From positions 90,327 to 154,326 of the forward strand of contig JASKLF010000005.1 of NCBI GenBank assembly GCA_030153785.1: a stretch of DNA of 64,000 nucleotides, read 5' to 3'. Origin of the DNA: a bacterium. GTDB lineage: Bacteria > Synergistota > GBS-1. Position 1 is the first letter of the stretch; each line of letters begins with the position of its first letter. The notes under the pieces are model-generated. The model searched no databases. It had not been told where the DNA came from and worked only from the letters and a program-made list of their open reading frames with translations. The translations under genes and the position numbers were made by a program. Below are positions 47,583 through 56,983 of the stretch, piece by piece.

Positions 47583-48336
47583 GGGCAAGAAGCTAATTTT
47601 TTTTATCCTCTTAATTTTTTTCCTCTTTCAGAGTTTTGCTTGGGCACAGCCTCCTTCCATACCGGTTCCAAGAATTAACTTGGGTTTTGAGCCTGCAAGA
47701 AGCCCTGAGGATGTAGCCTTAAGCCTTCAAATTTTGTTCATCCTAACGGTTTTATCTCTTGCTCCTGCGATAATCCTTATGGTTACCTCTTTCACAAGGA
47801 TAATCATAGTTCTCTCCTTTATAAGAAATGCTCTTGCAACTCAGCAGCTTCCTCCCACACAGGTTCTTGTGGGACTTGCGCTGTTTTTAACCCTATTTGT
47901 GATGATGCCCGTTTGGAGCGAGATCAATTCTAATGCCCTTCAGCCCTATTTAAGAGGGGAGATTCCAGCTCAACAGGCTTTAGAGCGAGCTGTTTCTCCT
48001 ATAAGGGAATTTATGTTTAAGCAGACGAGAGAAAAAGACATTGCTTTAATGGTTAGTCTTGCTAAGATGGAGAGGCCTAAAAGTAGAGAAGATGTTCCCA
48101 CTCATGTATTAATTCCTGCTTTTATGTTAAGTGAGTTGAAAACCGCTTTTGAGATGGGGGTGCTAATATATATTCCTTTTATAATAGTTGACATGGTTGT
48201 GGCAAGCGTGCTTATGTCGATGGGGATGATCATGCTTCCCCCTATGATGATATCTCTTCCCTTTAAGGTTTTGCTTTTTGTTCTTGTTGATGGATGGGAC
48301 CTCGTGGTTGGGTCCCTTGTAGCAAGCTTTAGGTAA
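47554..48336 (+). CDS. fliP: Flagellar export pore protein FliP
   Basis: LT.LSLAP.I..M.TSFTRI, PP.QVL.GLALFLT, PAF..SELK.AF, ISLPFK..LFVLVDGW. Likely TTG start at 47554 after AGGAGG. Confidence 0.96.
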   Translation: MRDFWVKKNEGKKLIFFILLIFFLFQSFAWAQPPSIPVPRINLGFEPARSPEDVALSLQILFILTVLSLAPAIILMVTSFTRIIIVLSFIRNALATQQLPPTQVLVGLALFLTLFVMMPVWSEINSNALQPYLRGEIPAQQALERAVSPIREFMFKQTREKDIALMVSLAKMERPKSREDVPTHVLIPAFMLSELKTAFEMGVLIYIPFIIVDMVVASVLMSMGMIMLPPMMISLPFKVLLFVLVDGWDLVVGSLVASFR

Positions 48337-48348
48337 GGGGGGACTTGT

Positions 48349-48618
48349 ATGACCGATGCCTTGGCAATAGAGATATTTAGAAAGGCTTTATTTACTGCTC
48401 TTCTTGTAGCTGCTCCCATGCTTGGTGTTGCTCTCATAGTGGGGATAGTGGTTAGTGTAATCCAGACCGCTACTTCTATACAGGAGCAAACCCTTACCTT
48501 TATTCCCAAGATAATAGCTGTTCTTTTCAGCATAATATACTTCGGTCCCTGGATGCTTCGCTTGGTTGTGGATTTTACCGTTGCATTGTGGAGTTCCTTT
48601 CCCTACTTGATAAGGTGA
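48349..48618 (+). CDS. fliQ: Flagellar export protein FliQ
   Basis: VG..VS..Q.ATSIQEQTL.FIPK, GPWM. Confidence 0.96.
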   Translation: MTDALAIEIFRKALFTALLVAAPMLGVALIVGIVVSVIQTATSIQEQTLTFIPKIIAVLFSIIYFGPWMLRLVVDFTVALWSSFPYLIR

Positions 48619-48626
48619 AAATAGCG

Positions 48627-49397
48627 ATGGAGAGTCTCTTGAGGAACTTCGACGCGTTCCTTCTTGCTTTTCTTAGAATAACCGCATTTTTGCTTTTTGC
48701 TCCCGTCTTTAACAGTAGGGTTTTACCGACGATGGCAAGGTTAGGTTTTGCCTTTTTTCTAACGGTCATTTTATTTTACGCGGGGGGCCTTTTTGTAAAG
48801 CTTCCTCCTCTTTCTCTTTGGACCTTTGTTATTTACGCCTTAAGGGAGTTTTTGGTAGGTCTTATTATGGGATTTTATATAAGCTTGATTTTTTCAGCTT
48901 TTCAGCTTGCGGGAACCATATATGGCTATCAGATGGGATTTGGCATAATATCTATTTTGGACCCGGAGGCTATGCGAAGTGTGAGCTTAACGGGTCAGTT
49001 TAAATATCTCTTAGCAATAATGCTTTTCTTTAGCACGAATTCTCACCACAGCTTAATTATGGCTTTATTTAACAGCTTTAACCTTCTCTCCGTAGGGGTT
49101 ATCAATCTTAAAGGGGGATTGATTAAAGAGCTTTTTTCGATGCTTACAGGCACTTTTGTTATAGCCCTTCAAATAGCTTTGCCTATAATGGCTATACTTC
49201 TGATAATAGATATAAGTTTAGGAATAATAGGTAGAACAATTCCTCAGCTTAACGTTTTTATAATAGGCTTTCCTTTGAAGATAGCGATAGCATTTTTAAC
49301 GCTCATGTTTATTTTGCCCGGTTTAAAAATTCTAATGGAGGGAATATTAGGTGGTCTTTCGCAGGGGGTTGAAAAGGTTTTATTATATCTCAAATGA
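48627..49397 (+). CDS. fliR: Flagellar export protein FliR
   Basis: F.R...F...AP.F, E..VG, AG....QMG, PQLNVF.IGFP.K. Likely ATG at 48627. Confidence 0.94.
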   Translation: MESLLRNFDAFLLAFLRITAFLLFAPVFNSRVLPTMARLGFAFFLTVILFYAGGLFVKLPPLSLWTFVIYALREFLVGLIMGFYISLIFSAFQLAGTIYGYQMGFGIISILDPEAMRSVSLTGQFKYLLAIMLFFSTNSHHSLIMALFNSFNLLSVGVINLKGGLIKELFSMLTGTFVIALQIALPIMAILLIIDISLGIIGRTIPQLNVFIIGFPLKIAIAFLTLMFILPGLKILMEGILGGLSQGVEKVLLYLK

Positions 49398-50478
49398 ATT
49401 TGACCTTCAGCTGTTTGCTGAAGAAAAAACAGAGCCGGCTACTCCTCGAAGAAGGAGAAGGGTTAGGGAAGAGGGGCAAGTTGCAAGAAGCGCAGAGTTA
49501 AATGCATTTGTAATAATAAGCGTTGGCCTTTTTACCTTTTTTCTATTTGAGAGCATCGTCAGGAGAGATATCTTCTCTATGGCTCAGTATGTTTTTTCGA
49601 ATCTACACTTGGTGAAGCCTGATGGCATCAACATAGATAGCTCAACTAAGGTTCAGGCAGAGATAATAGAGTTTTTGCTAAGAATGGTCGCACCGTTTTT
49701 CTTGTTTTCCTTTATCGGAGCCGTTGTAGTTAATTTGCTTCAGGTGGGTTTCCATATAAGCTTTAAACCGTTTGCCTTAAATCTTAATAAGTTGAACCCT
49801 GTTGTAGGTTTAAGAAGGGTTTTTTCTTTGAGATCTTTAGTGGAGTTACTAAAAGGGAGCGTTAAAGCCCTCTTAATGGGTTATTTAATCTATAGGTTTA
49901 TAAAAGCTGATTATCCGACCTATTTAAAAACCCTCCTCGTTCCATTTCCTAATAACATTGCTTTGATTAGTAAGCTGATATTTTTTACCCTTCTTAAGAT
50001 ATTGCCTCTTCTTTTAGTTTTAGCGATAATAGACTATGTCTATCAAAAATGGGAGTTTGAAAGAAGCATTCGGATGAGTAAGTATGAGATAAAGGAAGAG
50101 TATAAACAGATTGAGGGAGACCCTCGCATTAAAGCGAAGATAAGAGAGAAACAAAGGGAGCTCGCTCGTAGAAGAATGATGCAGGAGGTACCGAAAGCTC
50201 AAGTGGTAATTACTAACCCGGTTATGGTAGCTGTAGCCTTACGATACGAGCCAGAGATAATGAATGCCCCGGTTGTGGTCGCCAAGGGAGAAAGGCTCGT
50301 TGCTCAGAGAATAAGAGAGATTGCTGAAAAACATGGAATTCCCATAGTTGAGGATAAGGCTTTAGCGTGGACACTCTATAGAACCGTAGATATAGGGGAT
50401 GAAATACCTCCAGAGCTTTATAAAGCTGTTGCCGAAGTTTTGGCGTTCGTCTACAGGCTCGGAAGGGAGGCTGCTTGA
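49351..50478 (+). CDS. flhB: Flagellar export switch protein FlhB
   Basis: EKTE.ATP.R, NP..G..R.FS, MS..E.KEE.K..EGDP.IK, VVITNP, AP.VVAKG. Confidence 0.95.
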   Translation: MVFRRGLKRFYYISNEFDLQLFAEEKTEPATPRRRRRVREEGQVARSAELNAFVIISVGLFTFFLFESIVRRDIFSMAQYVFSNLHLVKPDGINIDSSTKVQAEIIEFLLRMVAPFFLFSFIGAVVVNLLQVGFHISFKPFALNLNKLNPVVGLRRVFSLRSLVELLKGSVKALLMGYLIYRFIKADYPTYLKTLLVPFPNNIALISKLIFFTLLKILPLLLVLAIIDYVYQKWEFERSIRMSKYEIKEEYKQIEGDPRIKAKIREKQRELARRRMMQEVPKAQVVITNPVMVAVALRYEPEIMNAPVVVAKGERLVAQRIREIAEKHGIPIVEDKALAWTLYRTVDIGDEIPPELYKAVAEVLAFVYRLGREAA

Positions 50479-50484
50479 TGCTAA

Positions 50485-52551
50485 ATGGCTGAAGCAAGGG
50501 GAACCACAAGTTATCCTTGGCTGAAACATAGCGATTTGTTAGTGGCCGTTGCTCTTGTTATGGCAGTGATATTGATGATAATTCCTGTGCCTACTACTCT
50601 TTTGGATTTTCTTCTTGCTTTCAATATTACCTTTGCCCTTTTGATTCTTCTTGCAACTTTTTATATAAGACGTCCCCTTGACTTTTCCGTTTTCCCATCT
50701 ATTCTCCTTTTTACAACCCTCTTTAGATTGGGTTTGAATGTTTCCACGACGCGTTGGATTCTCCTTCAGGGTTATGCTGGAAGGATTATATTGGCTTTTG
50801 GTCAATTTGTTGTTGGTGGTAACTACGTAGTCGGTGCTGTCATATTTCTTATTCTCTTTATAATTCAGTTTATCGTTATAACGCGCGGTGCGGAAAGGGT
50901 GGCAGAGGTGGCAGCTCGCTTTACATTGGATGCCATGCCTGGCAAGCAGATGAGCATAGATGCGGACCTTAATGCGGGCTTGATAGACGAAAAGGAGGCT
51001 AGGAGGAGAAGAGAAGAGATTCAGAGAGAAGCGGATTTCTATGGTGCCATGGATGGAGCGAGCAAGTTTGTTAAGGGAGATGCCATTGCGGGTGTTTTTA
51101 TCACGCTCGTAAATATAATCGGAGGTCTTATTATAGGCGTCCTTCAGAGGGGTTTGACCTTGGGTGAGGCATTGCAAACCTATACCCTCTTGACGGTAGG
51201 TGATGGTCTTGTCGCTCAGATACCCGCTCTTATTATATCTACAGCGACTGCTGTCATCGTCAGTAGGGCTGCTGCGGAACATGATCTTGGTGTGGAACTA
51301 TTGAAGCAGATTACCTATCATCCTCGCCCCCTTGTGATAGGGGCTTCTATCCTTGCTTTGTTTGGGGCTGTTCCTGGTTTACCTACACTTCCCTTTTGGA
51401 CGCTTGCTGTTTTAGTAGGTAGTATGGCTTATGTTATGAGGAGAACCGCAAAGGCTGAGAGGATAAAGAAGATAGAGGAGGAAAGAAAGAAGGAAGAGGA
51501 GGAGGTTAGAAAACCCGAAAGCGTTCTTTCCCTGCTTCAGGTAGATCCGATGGAGATAGAGATAGGTTACTCTCTTATTCCTTTGGTAGATCCTAAGCAG
51601 GGTGGAGATCTTTTGGATAGAATAACCATGATAAGAAGGCAAATTGCGCTTGAGCTTGGCCTTGTTGTTCCTCCTATAAGGATAAGGGACAATATGCAAC
51701 TTAAACCTAACGAATATGTGATAAAGATAAGGGGAGTTGAGGTAGGTAGGGGAGAACTGATGGTCGATTATTATTTAGCAATGAACCCTGGGACAGCAAA
51801 GGAGAAGATAGAGGGTATAGAAACAAGGGAGCCAGCTTTTGGTTTGCCAGCTTTGTGGATTCCCCCTGAGGAAAGGGAAAAGGCGGAATGGTTGGGATAT
51901 ACTGTAGTGGACCCACCTGCTGTTTTGGCTACTCATCTTACCGAAATAATTAAAAGGTATGCTGCTGAGCTTTTGACTCGCCAAGAGGTTCAAAACCTTA
52001 TAGATCTTGTGAGAGGGCAACATCCCGCTCTAATAGAAGAGCTAAATAGGGTTATGAACTTGGGTGATATCCAAAAAGTGCTTCAAGGGCTTTTAAAGGA
52101 GGGAGTCCCTATAAGGGATCTTGTTACTATATTTGAAACTCTTGCTGATTATGGTAGACTTATAAAGGATATTGATCTTTTGATAGAATATGTGAGACAA
52201 TCCCTTGCAAGGCAGATATCCAAGATTTATCAAACTTCCGAAGGGTTCATTCCCGTGGTTACACTTGCACCTGATGTGGAGGAGGCTATAAAGAATGCTT
52301 TGCAGAAGACAGAAACAGGGGTAACCTTGGCGATGGATCCAAGAAAGATGAGGACGCTAATAGAGAAAATAGCATCAGAAGTGGAAAAACTTGCATCCTT
52401 GGGATATACTCCTGTTATTCTTTGTCACCCTTCTGTAAGGCCATATTTGCGTAAAATCTTGGAAGGGGCGTTACCTCAGGTGGCTGTGATTTCCTATAAC
52501 GAAGTTGCCTCTGGTGTGGAGGTTAAGTCTATGGGGATGGTGAGCTTCTAA
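50485..52551 (+). CDS. flhA: Flagellar export apparatus protein FlhA
   Basis: RVAEVAARFTLDAMPGKQM, DFYGAMDGASKFV.GDAIAG, GDGLV.QIP. Confidence 0.97.
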   Translation: MAEARGTTSYPWLKHSDLLVAVALVMAVILMIIPVPTTLLDFLLAFNITFALLILLATFYIRRPLDFSVFPSILLFTTLFRLGLNVSTTRWILLQGYAGRIILAFGQFVVGGNYVVGAVIFLILFIIQFIVITRGAERVAEVAARFTLDAMPGKQMSIDADLNAGLIDEKEARRRREEIQREADFYGAMDGASKFVKGDAIAGVFITLVNIIGGLIIGVLQRGLTLGEALQTYTLLTVGDGLVAQIPALIISTATAVIVSRAAAEHDLGVELLKQITYHPRPLVIGASILALFGAVPGLPTLPFWTLAVLVGSMAYVMRRTAKAERIKKIEEERKKEEEEVRKPESVLSLLQVDPMEIEIGYSLIPLVDPKQGGDLLDRITMIRRQIALELGLVVPPIRIRDNMQLKPNEYVIKIRGVEVGRGELMVDYYLAMNPGTAKEKIEGIETREPAFGLPALWIPPEEREKAEWLGYTVVDPPAVLATHLTEIIKRYAAELLTRQEVQNLIDLVRGQHPALIEELNRVMNLGDIQKVLQGLLKEGVPIRDLVTIFETLADYGRLIKDIDLLIEYVRQSLARQISKIYQTSEGFIPVVTLAPDVEEAIKNALQKTETGVTLAMDPRKMRTLIEKIASEVEKLASLGYTPVILCHPSVRPYLRKILEGALPQVAVISYNEVASGVEVKSMGMVSF

Positions 52552-53757
52552 TTGAAGGTAATTAAGCGTAAGTCTTTTATAGCTGAGAGTGAGGCTGAGG
52601 CTATCAGAAAGGCTAAGGAAGAGTTCGGTAGCGATGTCGTAATTTTGGAAACCAAGCGTTTTAAAAAAGGCGGCTTTCTGGGGCTATTTGCCAAAAAGTA
52701 TGTTGAGGTTATAGTCGGTGTTCCAGAAAAGAGGGAGAGCGATGCTCGTGTTGAATTTTTGGCTAAGCTACTTTCTGAGAGAAAAGATTCCTTTACTCCT
52801 ACCCTTACAGATAGGGCAAGAAGGCCTCTTTCTAATAATGATAGGATAGAGGCGTTGGAGAGGGATATAAAGGAGGTTAAAGAACTTATAGGGATTTTCT
52901 TAGAGAGATTGGAGCGAGTAGAGCCTTTAAGTAGAGATGAAAAGAGATTTGGTGAAGGTAGCAGATTGTATAATTTTTTGCTTGAGCAAGAGATTAAGGA
53001 AGCTTATGTGGGGGAGATTTTAAAGGCGTTCTTAGAGAAGGGGGCATCCTTTAAAGGTCTTTCATGGAAGGAGCTCAGAAAGGAGATTGCTAAAGTGGTA
53101 GTGGATTATATTAAGGTTTCTCCTATAAAGTTGAAGGAAGGAGGGACTCAGGTAGTAGCTTTCGTTGGACCTACTGGTGTTGGAAAGACCACCACGATTG
53201 CAAAGTTAGCTGCAATATTTGCTCTCTTTGAGGAAAAAAAGGTTGCTCTGGTCACCGCCGATACTTATAGGATAGCGGCGGTGGAACAGCTTAAAACTTA
53301 TGCGAAAATAATAGGCATTCCTATAGAGGTAGTTTTTACTCCTCAAGAGGTAAGAAGGGCTATAGAAAAGCACCTCGATGCGGAGATAATTCTTATGGAT
53401 ACGGCGGGAAGGAGTCACTATGACAGTATGAAGATGTCTGAACTAAAGTCTTACATAGAAGCGAGCTCTCCCGATGAGGTGCATCTTGTTTTAAGTCTTA
53501 ACACCAAGTATAAGGATTTGGAAGAGATAGTTAAAAGGTTTAGCTGTGTTCCTATTAATAAAATGGTGTTGACAAAGCTTGATGAAACTTCTACCTTTGG
53601 TAACATACTTAACTTGGTCAGGGACTTTTCTATACCAGTGTCATATGTAACCAACGGACAGGATGTTCCAAAGGACATAGAGGTGGCTGATCCCTATAAG
53701 CTTTCGGAGGTAGTCCTAAAACTAAGGGGTCCTAAGGGGGAGGTAGTGGAGGATTGA
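52552..53757 (+). CDS. flhF: Flagellar SRP-type GTPase FlhF
   Basis: [44 protein letters not shown]. Confidence 0.96.
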   Translation: MKVIKRKSFIAESEAEAIRKAKEEFGSDVVILETKRFKKGGFLGLFAKKYVEVIVGVPEKRESDARVEFLAKLLSERKDSFTPTLTDRARRPLSNNDRIEALERDIKEVKELIGIFLERLERVEPLSRDEKRFGEGSRLYNFLLEQEIKEAYVGEILKAFLEKGASFKGLSWKELRKEIAKVVVDYIKVSPIKLKEGGTQVVAFVGPTGVGKTTTIAKLAAIFALFEEKKVALVTADTYRIAAVEQLKTYAKIIGIPIEVVFTPQEVRRAIEKHLDAEIILMDTAGRSHYDSMKMSELKSYIEASSPDEVHLVLSLNTKYKDLEEIVKRFSCVPINKMVLTKLDETSTFGNILNLVRDFSIPVSYVTNGQDVPKDIEVADPYKLSEVVLKLRGPKGEVVED

Positions 53758-54647
53758 TAAGGGATCAGGCTCAGGGATTAAGAGAACTCGTTAAAAAGAG
53801 TAAAGATTTTGGTCCCGTAGTTCGTCCCTCCCGTCTTGCACGAATAATATCGGTTACAAGTGGAAAGGGAGGAGTGGGGAAGACAAATCTTGTAGCTAAT
53901 CTTGGAATAGCTTTGGCCAAGCGGGGAAGTAGGGTTTTGATAATAGATGCGGACCTTGGGTTGGCCAATGTGGATATAGTGCTTGGCTTAACATCTCGTT
54001 ATAATCTTTATCATGTGATAAAAGGGGAAAAGAAGATACACGAGATAATAGTTGATGGCCCTGAAGGTATAAAGGTTGTAGCAGGGGGAGCTGGGATTCA
54101 GGAACTTGCTAATCTTTCCAGCTCTCAGAGGGTTCAATTTATAGCTAATTTAACCGAGCTTGATTCTTACGCGGATATTATCTTGATAGATACCAGTGCG
54201 GGAATATCTCAAAACGTTATGGGCTTTGTTTTGGCTTCCGATGAAACCATAGTGGTTACTACTCCTGAGCCTACGTCAATAAGAGATGCGTATGGGATAA
54301 TAAAAGCTATTGCTTTAGGGAACAGGGATGCCAGAATAAGATTGATAGTGAACATGGTTTCATCCCCAGAAGAAGGGGAGGATGTGGCCTCCAGAATAGA
54401 GACGGTAGCTAGGCAGTTTCTCGATATAAGCATTGATAAATTGGGATATGTTCTTAAAGACCCAGCAGTTTCTGAGGCTGTTATAAGACAGAAGCCATTT
54501 TTAATGGCTTTCCCAACTTCTAAGGCTTCAAGATGCGTTGAAAGCGTGGCTGACAGGCTGTTGGGCTTCGAGGAGGAAGATGCCAATAGGTTTAAAGGGG
54601 TTAAGGGCTTTCTATTTAAGTTTATTTCACTCTTTAAGGGGAGATAG
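53754..54647 (+). CDS. flhG: MinD-like ATPase FlhG
   Basis: DQA.GLR, SGKGGVGKT, DADLGLAN, TPEPTS..DAY, C-terminal amphipathic helix. Confidence 0.94.
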   Translation: MIRDQAQGLRELVKKSKDFGPVVRPSRLARIISVTSGKGGVGKTNLVANLGIALAKRGSRVLIIDADLGLANVDIVLGLTSRYNLYHVIKGEKKIHEIIVDGPEGIKVVAGGAGIQELANLSSSQRVQFIANLTELDSYADIILIDTSAGISQNVMGFVLASDETIVVTTPEPTSIRDAYGIIKAIALGNRDARIRLIVNMVSSPEEGEDVASRIETVARQFLDISIDKLGYVLKDPAVSEAVIRQKPFLMAFPTSKASRCVESVADRLLGFEEEDANRFKGVKGFLFKFISLFKGR

Positions 54648-54649
54648 TT

Positions 54650-55297
54650 TTGATTTTCCCCCCATCTTTAAGGGTTAATGTTGGAGCCAAAGCCTTTTTC
54701 GAAATAGAAGGAGGTGCCTTTAGCGGAGTTTACCCTACCAGAATAGAGGATATAAATGAGACTGAAGGGTTAATAAGCATAGCTTATCCCGTTTATAAGG
54801 GTGCCTTGGTTCCTTTAAGGGGGGATAAATATTATATATGGGTTACGACTCAACGTGGGATTTATAAGTATCCTATCGAAATAGTTGGTGTTAAAGAGGA
54901 GAACATTTCTCTTCTGGTATTGAGAATTGTAGGTCGAGGTGAGCATATTCAGCGAAGAAGATTTGTAAGGGTGGAGGTCAACCTTCCCTTTACATATAGA
55001 TTGAAGGGAAAGATTACTTCACCTAAAAAGGGTTTTGCCAAAGACTTGAGCGCGGGAGGGTTAAGAGGGGTTTTCGAAGAGCCTTTGCTTATAGGGCAGA
55101 AAGTTCTTATAAGGCTGGACCTTGAAGATGGTTGTGGACCAATGGTGTTGGAAGGAAGAATTGTTAGAATCGATGTAGGGGATGATGAAATTGAACATGG
55201 TGTTGAATTTTTAAACCTTGGGGAAAAGATTATAAGAAGAATAGTTCGTTTTGCTTTTAAGAGGGAGATGGAGCTAAGGGAGAAAGGACTTATATGA
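54650..55297 (+). CDS. YcgR/MotI-like flagellar brake, PilZ protein 1
   Basis: QRRRFVR and DLSAGG c-di-GMP-binding motifs; N-terminal YcgR_N-like region. Confidence 0.88.
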   Translation: MIFPPSLRVNVGAKAFFEIEGGAFSGVYPTRIEDINETEGLISIAYPVYKGALVPLRGDKYYIWVTTQRGIYKYPIEIVGVKEENISLLVLRIVGRGEHIQRRRFVRVEVNLPFTYRLKGKITSPKKGFAKDLSAGGLRGVFEEPLLIGQKVLIRLDLEDGCGPMVLEGRIVRIDVGDDEIEHGVEFLNLGEKIIRRIVRFAFKREMELREKGLI

Positions 55298-55911
55298 ACG
55301 AGGGTTTCCTTTACGAGGGAATGGTTGTGGAGCTCGAGCTTGAAAAAGGATCGTGGTTTAAAGGTAGAGTTCTTCGACCTACGGTGGATGGGGGTGTCGT
55401 AGTAGTTTTTGATAAGGGGGCTTTACTTCCAGAGATCGTTCCTGGGACCAAGGTTAAGGTTAGATGGACCGAAAAAGGTAGGCTTTTTAGGGGTGAGGTT
55501 GAGCTAAGATGTAAAGGAGGAAGATTCATTCCTTTCGTTGAAGTTTCTTTCCCTCTTTCCTTTGAGCCCATTGAAAGAAGAAGGCATAGAAGAGTAAAGG
55601 CTATTGTTCCGTTAGAATATAGAAAGATCGAGGGTGGGCCCTTTAAAGCAAGTCAAACTTTAGATATTAGCGGTGGTGGCTTAAGGATAAAGGTTGATGA
55701 AGATATAAAGGTTGAAGATGAGCTTGAGCTTTTGATATACTTACCTGAAAGCGAAGTTATCTCTGCTCTCGCGAGGGTTGTGAGAATAGAAGAGGATAAT
55801 ACTCACAAAATTGCTGGTTTGGAGTTTATGATTATAGATGAGCGCTATAGGAGAAACATAGTGAACTTTGTGTTTAAAACTGAGTTGAAAGAGAGGCAAA
55901 GAATGGGATGA
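55294..55911 (+). CDS. YcgR/MotI-like flagellar brake, PilZ protein 2
   Basis: ERRRHRR and DISGGG motifs. Confidence 0.85.
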   Translation: MNEGFLYEGMVVELELEKGSWFKGRVLRPTVDGGVVVVFDKGALLPEIVPGTKVKVRWTEKGRLFRGEVELRCKGGRFIPFVEVSFPLSFEPIERRRHRRVKAIVPLEYRKIEGGPFKASQTLDISGGGLRIKVDEDIKVEDELELLIYLPESEVISALARVVRIEEDNTHKIAGLEFMIIDERYRRNIVNFVFKTELKERQRMG

Positions 55912-56963
55912 GTAAAATTCGTGTGTTGGTTGTGGACGATTCTGCTTTAATGAGAAGAGTTATAACCGATATGCTCGGTGAAGATCCGGAAATTGAGGTA
56001 ATAGGCACGGCAAGGGATGGTTACGATGCTATAAAGAAGATACATGAACTTAAGCCTGATGTGGTGACCCTCGATATAGAGATGCCAAAGCTTGACGGAC
56101 TTAATACATTGGGATACATAATGAGCGAAGTTCCTCTCCCGGTTATTATGCTTAGTAGCTATACCCGCGAGGGGGCCGAAGCTACCCTAAAGGCTCTTGA
56201 ATATGGAGCTTTTGATTTTGTTCCCAAACCTTCCGGGCCTATATCTCTCGACATAAGAAAGGTTAAAGAGGAGCTAATAGCAAAAATTAAGGCAGCCTAT
56301 AGGGCTGATTTAAGCAGGTTAAAGTTTCTTTTACCTAAAAGGGAACGTAAGATTGAGAAGGTGGAGAAGGCTCCCTCGCTTAAGGTTAGCGCTGTAGTCG
56401 CTATCGCTTCTTCAACGGGAGGACCTCGAGCTCTTCAGGAGGTTATCCCTAAACTTCCTGCGGATATAAAAGCATCCATTCTTATAGTTCAGCATATGCC
56501 TAAGGGGTTTACCAAATCTTTGGCTGATAGGTTAGATTCTCTTTCTCAAATAGATGTTAAAGAGGCTAAAGAAAATGATATACTAACTGAAGGGACCGCT
56601 TTAGTTGCACCGGGAGACTATCATATGGTGATAAAAGGGGGGGAAGAGGGAGCGAAGGTAAAACTGACTCAGGATCCCCCGGTGTGGGGTGTTAGGCCTT
56701 CCGCCGATGTAACGATGTCTTCAGTGGCTGATCTCTTTAAAGGTCGCGTCGTGGGAGTAGTATTGACTGGTATGGGTAGGGATGGAGCAAATGGGTTGAG
56801 GAAGATAAAGGAGTACGGGGGTGTAACAATAGCAGAGGATAAATCAACGTGTGTGGTTTTTGGAATGCCTAAGGTAGCTATAGAGGAGGGGGCTGCTGAT
56901 GTGGTTGCCCCATTACATGAGATAGCTGATAGGATTGTTGATGCTGTTAAAAGGTTAAGTTAG
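55908..56963 (+). CDS. cheB: Chemotaxis methylesterase CheB
   Basis: REC domain plus SSTGGP, QHMP, RPS.D, LTGMG.DGA. Confidence 0.97.
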   Translation: MSKIRVLVVDDSALMRRVITDMLGEDPEIEVIGTARDGYDAIKKIHELKPDVVTLDIEMPKLDGLNTLGYIMSEVPLPVIMLSSYTREGAEATLKALEYGAFDFVPKPSGPISLDIRKVKEELIAKIKAAYRADLSRLKFLLPKRERKIEKVEKAPSLKVSAVVAIASSTGGPRALQEVIPKLPADIKASILIVQHMPKGFTKSLADRLDSLSQIDVKEAKENDILTEGTALVAPGDYHMVIKGGEEGAKVKLTQDPPVWGVRPSADVTMSSVADLFKGRVVGVVLTGMGRDGANGLRKIKEYGGVTIAEDKSTCVVFGMPKVAIEEGAADVVAPLHEIADRIVDAVKRLS

Positions 56964-56983
56964 ATAATAGGGGGTAGATAAAA

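Noticed and set aside
47579..47596. Frameshift at the fliP start (the ATGA overlap gives MRARS*)
   Set aside because: An in-frame TTG at 47554 follows AGGAGG and yields a normal FliP signal peptide.
49394..49420. Frameshift at the flhB start (out-of-frame ATG at the fliR stop)
   Set aside because: An in-frame GTG at 49351 has a well-spaced GGAGG.
50539..51282. Long antisense or alternative-frame ORFs (also 849-1370, 3652-4212, 9602-10195, 36186-36704, 39598-40113)
   Set aside because: Shadows of well-conserved genes, with no recognisable motifs or ribosome-binding sites.
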